DNA of 64,000 nucleotides, from assembly GCF_006345805.1 (NCBI RefSeq), contig NC_043024.1, forward strand, positions 19,964,001-20,028,000. Direction: 5' to 3'. Both the position numbers and the translations under genes were made by a program. Positions 52,378-64,000 of the stretch are shown one piece after another. Source of the DNA: Octopus sinensis. Its lineage: Eukaryota. The notes below the pieces were generated by a model that saw only the letters and a program-made list of their open reading frames with translations, was not told the origin of the DNA and searched no databases. Each line of letters starts with the position of its first letter. Position 1 is the stretch's first letter.

Positions 52378-52656
52378 TTGTCGGTGCTGTGTGATCTGTA
52401 TTCAACTAACTCACAAAAGGGATTGATATGATGAAAGCAGATAATTTGAAGAAGTCGGGGCATCTGCACAAAGCAGCGTTGCTTGGACCTACTCGAATCA
52501 TTTGCAAGATTCTATTTTAATTCTTTTATTTGCTTCTGTCATTCCACTGCAGCCATGCGGGAGCACCGCATTAAAGAATTTTTAGTCTAAAAAAACCATC
52601 CTAGGACTTATTTTTTTAAAGCGTAGTACTTATTCTATCGGTCTTATTCTGTCTGT

Positions 52657-53120
52657 CTCGTGGAACTGTAGGTGTTTTCGCTCAATAAATACACACACCA
52701 CCCGGTCTGGGAATCGAAACCACGATCCTCCGACCGCGAGTCCGCTGCTCTAACCACTGGGCCATTGCGCCTCCACTTGATGTTGGAGCGAAAGAGTACA
52801 ACAGGGGTCAACACCACCACCTGCCGGAGCCTCGTGGAGCTGTAGGTGTTTTCGCTCAATAAACACGCACAACGCCCGGTCTGGGAATCGAAACAGCGAT
52901 CAACCGACCGCGAATCCGCTGCTCTAACCACTGGGCCATTGCGCCTCCACTTGATGTTGGAGCGAAAGAGTACAACAGGGGTCGCCACCACCACCTGCCG
53001 GAGCCTCGTGGAGCTGTAGGTGTTTTCGCTCAATAAACACGCACAACACCCGGTCTGGGAATCGAAACCGCGATCCTCCGACCGCGAGTTCGCTTCCCTA
53101 ACCACTAGGCCATTGCGCCT
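52657..53120 (-). repeat. Tandem array of SINE C/E heads, 174-bp period, about 2.7 units
   Basis: GCGCCTCCAC ends at 52776 and 52950, GCGCCT at 53120; A and B boxes in each unit. Confidence 0.9.
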
Positions 53121-53688
53121 TCTGATGCTGTTGCTGCTTCTGCTGCTGTTAGTAATTGGAAGAGAGGTGTAAGAAAATTCTATAATACTCAAGATATAAC
53201 CTCAATTTTACACTTTGTATTCGTAAGCTTTTCGGCGTTATACTTTGTAAATCCAACATGTTCTTCAACTCTTTGAATGACATTACAGTAACCTAGTAAA
53301 TCATTCCGTCAGCTATTTTCAATACGTTGAACAAATTGGCCGTCTCCCATCCTCTTTGCTCAAAGATGCACCTGTCATTTGCCGAGTACAATTTCAAAGG
53401 TTTATTCAAAATTATTCACTCCTTCCAATTCTAGACATTGTTGTAAGATCGAGAATTTAGGTGATGGAATCTTCTGTCATTCATTAATGTTTAAAGAAAC
53501 CTATTTTTATGTACGTCTTATTTCTTTTCAATCATCGCAATACACTGGAATGATGTATAGTAATATAATAATACACACGCACACATACATACACACTCAC
53601 AAACACACGTACAGAACAGACACACACACGTATATATATATATATATATATACGAAAACACGTATAAATATATAACATAAATCTCTCA

Positions 53689-53747
<59 letters not shown>

Positions 53748-53855
53748 ATATTTAACCCTTGTATATATATAGAGAGAGATATATATATTCGAAAACACGT
53801 ATTCATATGTAACATAGATCTCTCACTCTTTCTCTCTCTGTCTCTAAGATATTTA

Positions 53856-55105
53856 CGAGGGGCGTTCAATAAATAATGCCCCTGACCCACTTGCAGTTGT
53901 TTGATCTAGCTGAAATTTTGCATGTGCACTTATTTATACCTCTATAGATTAAGTGACTTAACTAATTGTGGTTTCTTATTTACAGGTGTTTGAACTGAGT
54001 CAAGTGTGAAATGGAACCTGTTGAGTGTCGAGCAGTGATCTGGTTTTTGTATTTGAAAGGACGCACACCACGGGAGACTTTTGATGAAATGAAAGTAACT
54101 TATGGTGATGATGCCCCATCATATGACCTTCTAAAACGCTGGCATTGTGAATTCAAACATAGTCGGAACTCTGTGGAAACAGCTCCCAGATCTGGTCGCC
54201 CCCTTCTGCCATTGATGAGACGTCTGTCCGTCAAGTTGAGGCTGCCATTTTGGAATGTCGACGCATAACTATTCGCCAAATAGCCCATAAGGTCAAGATT
54301 AGTACCGGGTCTGTGGAAACTATCATTCATGACCATTTGCATATGCAAAAGGTGTCTGCCAGATGGATTTCCAGGTTGTTCACACCTTTCCAGAAGCAAG
54401 AACGCGTTGAGTGCTCGAGGATGAATTTGAAGATGTGCCAAGAAGATGAGTGAAAATTTTTCAAAAGACTGATCACACAGGATAAAACATGGGTCCATCA
54501 CTATGATCCAGAGACCAAATCCCAGTCAATGCAGTGGAAGCACCGTGACTCACCTCCTCCAAAGAAGGCAAGGGTGCAGCCCTCCGCTGACAAGGTTATG
54601 CTCACAGTCTTCTGGGACCAGGACGGAGCAGTGATGACAGATTTCCTGGCAAAGGGTACCACAATTACAGGAGCCTATTATGCTTCACTTTTGAGGAAAT
54701 TAAGAGAAGCTATCAAAATCAAGAGCCGGGGCAAGATCAGCAAAGGCATCCTCCTCCTGCAGGACAACGCTTCGGTCCACAACTCGCGTGTCGCCAAATC
54801 AGAAGCACAGGCGTGCAGCTATGAACTCCTCCCCTTGCACCCTCTGATTTTCACCTCTTCCCAGTCATGAAGTTGATTTTGAAAGGAAAGCGTTTCCCAG
54901 ATGATGCAGCCTTGATTTTTGAAGTCACCGTGGTTGAGGACCAAGCTGGGGTCTTCTACAAAAACGGTCTCCAAAGCTGTATCAACGATGGAGAAATGCA
55001 TAACTCTGTGTAGTTCTATGTAGGAAAAGACTAATAACTGTGCCAAGTGTCGTGCTCTATACTATGGGAAGTGGGTCAGGGGCATTACTTATTGAACGCC
55101 CCTCG
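53856..55105 (+). mobile_element. Mariner DNA transposon (irritans/Himar-like), full length, defective
   Basis: 37-bp TIRs CGAGGGGCGTTCAATAA(A/G)TAATGCCCCTGACCCACTT, TA at 53854-53855 and 55106-55107. Confidence 0.95.
54011..55000 (+). pseudogene. Mariner transposase pseudogene
   Basis: MEPVECRAVIWFLYLKG...RSGRP, frameshift at about 54200, stop at 54451-54453, TQDKTWVHHYDPE, LLQDNA, YSPD motif deleted. Confidence 0.9.
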
Positions 55106-55114
55106 TAACCCTTG

Positions 55115-55151
<37 letters not shown>

Positions 55152-55334
55152 ATATATATAGATATATATATATAGAATTATATATATATATATATATATA
55201 TACAAAATGTGCGTAAGATATTTGAGGACAGATTTATGTTTATAAAAAAATATATATGACAACTGACAGTAACTTTATTTATCCAAAAACGCTATGAGGG
55301 TAGAAATAAACCTTCTTTTCTATAATATTATTCA

Positions 55335-55495
55335 ATATTGAACATTACTCTGAGTAAGGCCACTTTAAAAGAATCTTTGGTGTTATGGGTGTGTTCATTG
55401 ACCTCTCTATCAACAACGCTTCACATGTAAAAGTCCAATGCATTGAGATCTGTGGAATTAGCAGGCCATATGTTAAGGGTCATGTGATCATGTAC
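55335..55495 (-). pseudogene. maT/DD37D-like transposase C-terminal relic
   Basis: NIWPANSTDLNALDFYM*SVVDREVNEHTHNTKDSFKVALLRVM. Confidence 0.7.
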
Positions 55496-55732
55496 ATTTT
55501 AAAGTCTAAGTATGTTAGTATATATAAATATCTATAGGTAAGTATATATAAGCTTATAGACAGTCTTTGTATTTCGGTATAGCCGTATGTCTATGCATCG
55601 AACTAATACTTTTCTTCAGTTAATCAACACCAAGTTATAAATTTTTTCCCACAAACGCTCTCTCTTACAAGACACATATGTACGAACATATAACCATACA
55701 ATTATATATATATATAATATATATATATATGT

Positions 55733-55764
<32 letters not shown>

Positions 55765-56104
55765 AATAATATATATTATATATGTGTATGTATATACACT
55801 GATATAGTGTGAATGTATATACACACACATACACACACACACGCACACACACATATATATATGTATATATATCTCATATATCTACACTCATATATGTGTA
55901 TATGTACATACATATGTATATACATATCCGTATAAATTTATATATAAAATATTTGTATAACTTTATATATAAATATAAATTTTAAAATATACAACATATA
56001 CATCCATACATCCATACACACAAAACTCACACACGCACACACTCACACACATATATAGTATATATATTATCTGTGTGGTATGCATTTATATATATATATG
56101 TATG

Positions 56105-56136
<32 letters not shown>

Positions 56137-56150
56137 CTGTGTGTGTATGC

Positions 56151-56183
<33 letters not shown>

Positions 56184-56452
56184 ATATATATATCTGTGTG
56201 TGTATGCATTTATATATATATATGTATACATATATATGTATATATATATATGTGGTGTTGTGTGTGTGTGTGTGACCGAAAGACAGACGTATGTGTATTT
56301 TATAGAAGAACGGATGCGATACTTTTATAGATATAACAGTAACATCGACGACAAAGTGGTTGTATAGATTATCACTATAGTGATGACGATGCTGAATATG
56401 ACATCGGTGGCGCTGGTGTAGACACCCCGCTGGTAATTATATACATATATAC

Positions 56453-56511
<59 letters not shown>

Positions 56512-56538
56512 AATAGATAGATAGAGAGAGAGAGAGAA

Positions 56539-56584
<46 letters not shown>

Positions 56585-56637
56585 GGATAGATAGATAGAT
56601 AGATAGATAGATATATGGATAGATGGATAGATAGATG

Positions 56638-56721
<84 letters not shown>

Positions 56722-56722
56722 T

Positions 56723-56769
<47 letters not shown>

Positions 56770-57438
56770 TAGATATAGATATAGATATACACGTACATCC
56801 ATACGTATATACATACACGATGTTTCTTTTTTGTGATATTTGCATTATTACACTTTTACATTCATAAGCTTTCACAATATATTTTTTGTTAAATAGTCTA
56901 TTGAAAGAGTATATTATTTTATGCAAATATTATACATCATCGTATTGTATCTAATTCTATTGCATATTATTCTTCTTTACAATATATATATATAAAGTAA
57001 TTATTGTTAGCTATCGTATGTATTTTGTAATCACATTACAGCGATAGATATATATTCATAATAAAAACTTGCTTTAAGGCTATTCATATTGTAAATTAAT
57101 ATATTTTATTTGTAGATTACATATATATGATTCAGTACTTTATTGTTATTGTGTATTTAAAAATGAAATTATATGAAAAAAATAAACTGTGTAGATGTGG
57201 TGTTTTGGAAGCATTGTACAATGACTGTGATATACGTTCAAAGGTTGACTTACTGAGAGCCAATCCTATGTACGTACATACATTATTATAAGGACATCAC
57301 CTACCTCACTCATGCATGTATATAAAGGAACATACACATACGCAGAAACACGCATACTTACACAAACTGACACGTATAAATGTAAATGAATATATATATA
57401 TATATATATATATACATAAATACAGATAGATACTTAGG

Positions 57439-57495
<57 letters not shown>

Positions 57496-57670
57496 TTAAA
57501 ACTGTAAGTTACATTGCCTGAAGGCGAGATAAGCCGAATACATTTTCCACTTCTTTGTTACGTAAAACCTGTTTAAACTAACTTGGAAATATATGTAGTA
57601 CATCTTTACCTTATTCATATACGTCTTTACCTTATCTCGTCTAGGAAATGTAACTTACGGTTCTATATCA

Positions 57671-57724
<54 letters not shown>

Positions 57725-57756
57725 ATCTATCTATCTATCTATCTGTTTGGCAGAAG

Positions 57757-58340
57757 AGAGACGGCGAGCTGGCAGAAACATTAACACGCCGGGCGAAATG
57801 ATTAGCGGTATTTTGATTTCAAAAGGCGGCGAGCTGGCAGAATCGTTAGCACGCTGGGTGAAATGCGTAGCCGTATTTCGTCTGCCGTTACGTTCTGAGT
57901 TCAAATTCCGCCGCGGTCAACCTTTCCTTTCATCCTTTCGGGGTCGATAAATTAAGTACCAGTTACGCATTGGAGTCGATATAATCGATTTAATCCGTTT
58001 GTCTGTCCTTGTTTGTCCCCTCTGTGTTTAGCCCCTTGTGGGTAGTAAAGAATTAGGTATTTCGATTTCAACCCTTAGCAGTACTTCGTCTGCGTTACGT
58101 TGTGAGTTCAACTTCCGCCGAGGTCGACTTTGCCTTTCATCCTTTCGGGTTCGATAAATTAAGTACCAGTTACGCACTGGGGTCGATGTAGTCGACTTAA
58201 TACCTATGTCTGTCCTTGTTTGTCCCCTCTGTGTTTAGCCCCTTGTGGGTAATAAAGAAATAGGTATTTCGAATTCAACCCTTTGTCTGTCCTTGTTTGT
58301 CCCCTCTATGCTTAGCCCCGTTTTGGCAACCAAGAAATAA
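57757..58340 (+). mobile_element. Cluster of four SINE B pieces in tandem
   Basis: Partial head, full copy, two progressively 5'-truncated copies; junctions GGTATTTYGAWTTCA. Confidence 0.85.
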
Positions 58341-58516
58341 GAAAGAGACTGATCGAATAACACACACATTCTACAATAAAATATGTACTGGGATCGATTT
58401 TTGCGACAAAACCTTTCAAGGTTGCCACCAAGCATGGTCACAATAATTGAAATACATTATAAATGATACTGTATTCAGCACACACTAAATAAAGGTTTCA
58501 TTGTCCTATATTTATT

Positions 58517-58916
58517 ACTCTTTTACTCTTTTACTTGTTTCAGTCATTTGACGGCGGCCATGCTGGAGCACCGCCTTTAATCGAGCGACTCGACGCCGGG
58601 ACTTATTTTTGTAAGCCCAGTACTTATTCTATCGGTGTCTTTTGCCGAACCGCTAAGTGACTGGGACGTAAACACACCAGGATCGGTTGTCAAGCAATGC
58701 TAGGGAGACAAACACAGACACACAAACACACACATGCATATATATATATACATATATACGACGGGCTTCTTTTAGTTTCCGCCTACCAAATCCACTCACA
58801 AGGCTTCGGTCGGCCCGAGGCTATAGTAGAAGACACTTGCCCAAGGTGCCACGCAGTGGGACTGAACCCGGAACCTTGTGGTTAGCAAGCTACTTACCAC
58901 ACAGCCACTCTTCCGC

Positions 58917-58918
<2 letters not shown>
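58517..58918 (-). mobile_element. SINE family A
   Basis: Full copy. Confidence 0.9.
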
Positions 58919-58959
<41 letters not shown>

Positions 58960-58962
<3 letters not shown>

Positions 58963-59200
58963 ATGGCAGTCCACTCGTACGGAGGAAGGCCATTGCTGAC
59001 CTTCAGGAACATTGTGCACTCTAGGAATAACTTGAAATAATTTGAATATTTTGCATTTTACCAGTTCCCCATACAGCATCTGCTTAGGGATCCTGCTAGA
59101 CCTCATTCTAATAAGGTGTCGAGTCCAACGTAACCGGTGCATGTGCTCCATCGGCTCATATATGTGTCTATATGAAAGTCTAACATCGTCTAACTTCCAT
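58960..59200 (-). pseudogene. RTE-clade LINE RT C-terminal fragment
   Basis: RLRWTRHLIRMRSSRIPKQMLYGEL. Confidence 0.75.
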
Positions 59201-59301
59201 CGTCTATTTTTTTACAATTTTACAATAGTACATACCATAATAGTACAAGTGCTTTCATGTTTTCCACGAGCTTCAGGTTTACGTAGTAATATTAATTGAA
59301 A

Positions 59302-59686
59302 GTGGAGACGCAATGGCCCAGTGGTTAGGGCAGCGGACTCGCGGTCGTAGGATCGCGGTTTCGATTCCTAGACCGGGCTTTGTGAGTGTTTATTGAGCGA
59401 AAACACCTAAAGCTCCACGAGGCTCCGGCAGGGGATGGTGGCGATCCCTGCTGTACTCTTTCACCACAACTTTCTCTCACTCTTACTCCCTGTTTCTGTT
59501 GTACCTGTATTTCAAGGGCCCGGCCTTGTCACTCTCTGTGTCACGCTTAATATCCCCGAGAACTACGTTAAGGGTACACGTGTCTGTGGAGTGCTCAGCC
59601 ACTTACACGTTAATTTCACGAGCAGGCTGTTCCGTTGATTCGGATCAACCGGAACCCTCGTCGTCGTAACCGACGGAGTGCTTCCA
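59302..59686 (+). mobile_element. tRNA-derived SINE, family C, with 12-bp TSD
   Basis: A box TGGCCCAGTGG, B box GTTTCGATTCC; ATTAATTGAAAG at 59291-59302 and 59687-59698. Confidence 0.9.
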
Positions 59687-60052
59687 ATTAATTGAAAGAT
59701 GTGTTTCGTATACTGGTTGTATTCGTCTTTTAAATAGTATGTAATAGATTCCAGCAGGCTCGATCTTCTGAACAGTGTGTTAAACAATCATTGTGCATTT
59801 TAGGCGTCGCTGTGAGTTAGATCTTCCATCCCAGATGACATTTACAGCGCGTATTGGGAGGAACATTTTAACCAAACCACACGCGGCGTAGACATCATTG
59901 TCTGCCATCACCGTTGTCAATCAGCGTTACTACACAAACTTGTAGATTACGGTAACCATGAAATCTGATATTAGTGTGTGTAATATTTTAAGATTATAAT
60001 ATATACAAAAACAAAACAAGAGACTCGGACTATGCTAGAATTTATATTTCAA

Positions 60053-60442
60053 CTAGCAATATCGCCCGGCTTTGCTCGGGTTTGTAAGGGAAATAACTAT
60101 ATAAGCATTTTTAAAGAGTTATAGCCAAAAAATAGCAAAAAAAGCATTAAAAATGGAAAAAATTATGGTAATTTTTTTTAAATCGTTGACTCATTGTAGA
60201 TATTTTAGAGAGTTACTTCCCTTATATAATAGCGAAAAAAGCATTAAAATGGAAAAAAATGATGGTAAATTTTTTTAAAATCGTAGACTCATCGTAGACG
60301 CGCGCTAATACCCAGAAGGGCTCGATATGAATCACGACTATAAGATACTTGCTTTTGGTTACACTGCACCGCAAAATGTGGGAGTAGTTAGGAATCTAAT
60401 TCGTAGGAGACAGACACACAACTTCACTTTTATATATAATGA
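60053..60442 (-). mobile_element. Non-autonomous Helitron, second copy
   Basis: TC...CTAG between A and T, same hairpin and internal duplication as 2542-2941. Confidence 0.8.
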
Positions 60443-60449
60443 TATCATA

Positions 60450-60910
60450 TCGATTTCAAATTTTGGCACAAGATCAACACGTTCGGCGAAGGGGCCAATT
60501 CGATTACATCACTCCTAGTGCTCACCTTGTATTGAGTTTATTCCGCCCGAAATAATGAAAAGCAAAATCGATCTCAGCGGAATTTTTATCTCAGATCATG
60601 AAAACGGACGATATGCTGCTAAGCATTTCGTTCGGCGTGCTAACGATTCTACGTGTTAGCCGACTTAGATTTCATTATTGCATTTATCTGTAAGGCGGCG
60701 AGAGGACAAAATCGTTAGCATTCCAGGCAAAATGTATATGGGCAGTTCGCCCAATTTTAATTTGGGAGTTCAAATTCAGCAGAGGTCGATTTGCATTTCA
60801 TCCTTTCGGGGTCGATAAAATAACTACTAGGTGAGCATTGGTTTCCATGTAATCGACTTGCATCCCCCCGGAAATTACTGGTATTGCGACCAAAATTTGA
60901 AACTATTATT
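60450..60910. mobile_element. Two old SINE B-related copies (60450-60660 minus, 60690-60910 plus)
   Basis: Degenerate heads and TTCATCCTTTCGGGGTCGATAAA module. Confidence 0.65.
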
Positions 60911-60961
60911 ATATTGCCCTGGAATACAATTATCTGTATACAATCGTACGAAAAGTGATAC

Positions 60962-61197
60962 CTATTTCTTTATTACCCACAAGGGGCTAAACACAGAGGG
61001 CACAAACAAGGACAGACATAGGTATTAAGTTGATTACATCGATCCCAGTGCGTAACTGGTACTTAATTTATCGACCCCGAAAGGATGAAAGGCAAAGTCG
61101 ACCTCGGCGGAATTTGAACTCACAACGTAACGGCAGACGAAATACCGCTAAGCATTTCGCCCGGCGTGCTAACGTTTCTGCCAGCACGCCGCCTTAT
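60962..61197 (-). mobile_element. SINE family B
   Basis: Full copy. Confidence 0.9.
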
Positions 61198-61404
61198 GAT
61201 ACCTACCTACTTACCTACCTACCTACCTACCTACCTACCTGCCTGCCTGCCTGTCTACCTACCTATATACATACGTATACACATATTGCATTGCACAGGG
61301 AGAAAGACACAGAAAGAGAAGCAGATGTTAGATAAATCTATTAATACTCATATATAAGCATTATATGTACGTGTGTGTTTTTATTTGTAGTGCCATACAT
61401 ATTT

Positions 61405-61579
61405 ATACATGGTTGTGTGTTAAGAAGCCTCCTTCGAAATCACATGGTCTTGCGTTCAGTCCCACTGCGTGGCGCCTTGGTAACTGACTTAGACTATAGT
61501 CTAGGGACCGACCAAATCCTTCTATGTGGAATTTTGGTAGATGGAAACTGAAAAAACCCGTCGTATATGTATATATATA

Positions 61580-61623
<44 letters not shown>

Positions 61624-61860
61624 ATATAATTGAGTGTGTGTAGTCTGTGTATCTGTGTGTTGGCCACTACCAGCGTTGATAACGGGTGTTGGTGTGTCTA
61701 CGGCCACGTAACTTAGCGGTTCGGGAAGAACGAACGATAGAATTACTACTCTTAACAAAAGAACAAGTACTAGGGTCGACTCATTCGACTAAAACTTCCT
61801 CAAGGCGGTGCCACAGCATGGCCGCACTCTAATGAGTGAAAGAAGTAAAACTTAAAAGAT
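61405..61860 (+). mobile_element. SINE family A, old divergent copy
   Basis: Degenerate but colinear. Confidence 0.75.
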
Positions 61861-61940
61861 AACACAGACACACACAAACACACACACAGAAACACACACA
61901 CACACACACACACACATACACACACACAAATATATATATA

Positions 61941-62127
61941 TGAAGCAATGATAGATCATTAGCCTCTACACACTTTTTTTATCTCCTTGTTTTTTTCTGT
62001 GTACCTTTCTGTAGAAGAGCATAGGCTCGAAACGTAAAAGACTTTTTCTGTTCCTGAGCATTATGCTAATACATCTGTTTGTTTTGTACACCACCTGTCA
62101 TCGTCTTTTGTTTTTTTGGTAAACTTT

Positions 62128-62132
<5 letters not shown>
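61941..62132 (+). mobile_element. Penelope-like terminus with minimal HHR variant
   Basis: CUUU-CUGUAGA-A-GAGC-AUAG-GCUC-GAAA-CGUA-AAAG at 62005-62040; same tail as 24898-25050. Confidence 0.65.
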
Positions 62133-62160
<28 letters not shown>

Positions 62161-62163
<3 letters not shown>

Positions 62164-62538
62164 CTCTTTTACTCTTTTACTCTTTTTCTTGTTTCAGTCA
62201 TTTGACTGCGGCCATGCCTGAGCACCACCTTTTAGTACTTATTCTATCGGTCTTTTTTTGCCGAACCGCTAAGTGACGGGGACCTAAACACACCAGCATC
62301 GGTTGTCAAGCAATGCTAGGGGGACAAAACACAGACACAAACATATACACACACACACTACATTATAATATATACATATATACGACAGGCTTCTTTCAGT
62401 TTCCGTCTACCAAATCACACTACAAGGATTGGTCGGCCCGGGGCTATAGCAGAAGACACTTGCCAAGATGCCACGCAGTGGGACTGAACCCGCAACCGTG
62501 TGGTTGGTTAGCAAGCTACTTACCACACAGCCACTCCT
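62161..62538 (-). mobile_element. SINE family A with internal deletion
   Basis: Copy lacks the block between GCACCACC and TAGTACTTATT. Confidence 0.85.
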
Positions 62539-62569
62539 TTATATATATATAAATCTCTATATGTATATA

Positions 62570-62800
62570 TTTCTTTACTGCCCACAAGGGGCTAAACATA
62601 GAGGGGACAAACAAGGATAGACAAACGGATTAAGTCGATTACGTCGACTCCAGTGCGTAACTGGTACTTTATTTATCGATCCCGAAAGGATGAAAGGCAA
62701 AGTCGACCTTGGCGGAATTTGAGCTCAGAACGTAACGGCAGACAAAATACGGCTAAGCGTTTCGCCCGGCGTGCTAACGTTTCTGCCAGCTTACCGCCTT
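62570..62800 (-). mobile_element. SINE family B
   Basis: Full copy. Confidence 0.9.
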
Positions 62801-63538
62801 CACCTATATAAATGTATATATATATATGTGTATGTGGCGTGTTTCTAATGCTTTGCACTTTAAAATTTCCCTCCTCATTGACTTATTCAGTATCTAAAGA
62901 TCATAAGTAAGGGAAACTAAATTTAATCAAATCGTGAAGAGCAAGGATCGAACTATAAAACATGTGCTTATCAAGCAAACATACTCTTGTTTTATGCCGT
63001 TAGTTATTCCATATATTATTTCTGTCATATTTTTGTGGTTTATACTGAACAAAAATGTTGCCAGTTTTTTTGTAGTTTTCTATAGCGTATTTTCGCAGCC
63101 TTTTCTTTGTTATCTGTTCAACGCTGTGAGTTGTTTAGTTCTACTTCGTGTGATACTAGTGTACTTTGCCTGAGGTAATTTCTTCTATTTATCAGACAGC
63201 TTATTTCAGATGCGCAATTGATATTGTTTTATTTATGGTGTCTTGTGGGATATGTTTTTTTGATGCTTCTATGATTGTTGTGTGAAATGTATGCATTGTC
63301 ACATCTTCGATTGTGTTTTGATATTGTGAAATTCTAAAACCATAAATGTGTTTCGTCTATGCTAAAAAACGTTCCGTTTGGCTGGTTTGAAAATTATAAT
63401 TTTGTTCTTATTTATTCATTGATGTGTGAAGTTAAGTTTTGGATTTATAAATAACATCAGTGGCACAGTTGTGTGTTTAGGTCCTGATAGCCAATTTGTT
63501 CTGGAAGCAGAAGGTGATGTCTGCGTAAGATATGTAAT

Positions 63539-63951
63539 AATCAGGTATTTGTTGTTTATGCAACCTGAGTCGCTTCATTTGATTCTCTCCTGTGTGGCCG
63601 ATATAATTTTTTTAAGGTTCTTGTCATATATTGCAGTAAATATATATAATTTCTTTTGCAATTCTTATTTGCATTAGAGAATAATCCTCGCTGCAAGGCC
63701 TCTGACATAGCAGAACACGTCGATGTCAGTTCTAAAACAGCTACCCGGTATCTCTACAAACTTGTTTACTGTGACAGAGCAGGAAGAAGGAAGCCACCTC
63801 CGTGACCAGCCAATCAGGTATGTGTTGTTTATGCAACCTGAGTCGCTTCATTTGATTCTCTCCTGTGTGGCCGATATAACTTTTTTAAGGTTCTTGTCAT
63901 ATACTGCAGTAAATATATATAATCTCTTTTGCAATTCTTGTTTGCATTAGA
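63539..63951 (+). repeat. 140-bp direct repeat, 273-bp period
   Basis: 63539-63678 and 63812-63951, few substitutions. Confidence 0.9.
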
Positions 63952-64000
63952 ATTATATTATTTTGTATATTTTAATTTTACTCTCTTCAGTCAACGTTGA

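Noticed and set aside
52644-53192. 182-aa ORF with 58-aa repeats
   Set aside because: By-product of the 174-bp (multiple of 3) SINE-head tandem.

Overview
AT-rich, microsatellite-saturated, non-genic eukaryotic DNA. The SINE families and repeat landscape suggest an Octopus/coleoid cephalopod; this is inferred from memory of octopus repeats, not from a search. I found no host protein-coding exon I can support, and almost all ORFs in the track are translations of (TA)n, (TAA)n, (TAGA)n, (GAT)n or (GGT)n or of SINE bodies. Recognisable content: about 17 copies of one tRNA-derived SINE (family A) plus other SINE families (B-E); fragments of CR1/L2, R4/Dong-like, RTE and Tx1/L1 LINEs; a full-length but dead mariner with TIRs and TA TSD (53856-55105); several maT/DD37D-like transposon relics; and two non-autonomous Helitrons. 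The most unusual signal is a dense set of type I hammerhead ribozyme (HHR) motifs read by eye in ORF-less, Penelope-like terminal sequences. Several sit in head-to-head inverted pairs (4585-5100, 5675-5949, 7760-7985, 30191-30802, 30841-31127, 36074-36275). One complete HHR lies in a highly structured, ORF-less ~483-bp unit bounded by 110-bp direct repeats (25765-26357), which looks like a retrozyme/circular-RNA-templated insertion. All coordinates and pairings were read manually and may be off by a few bases.
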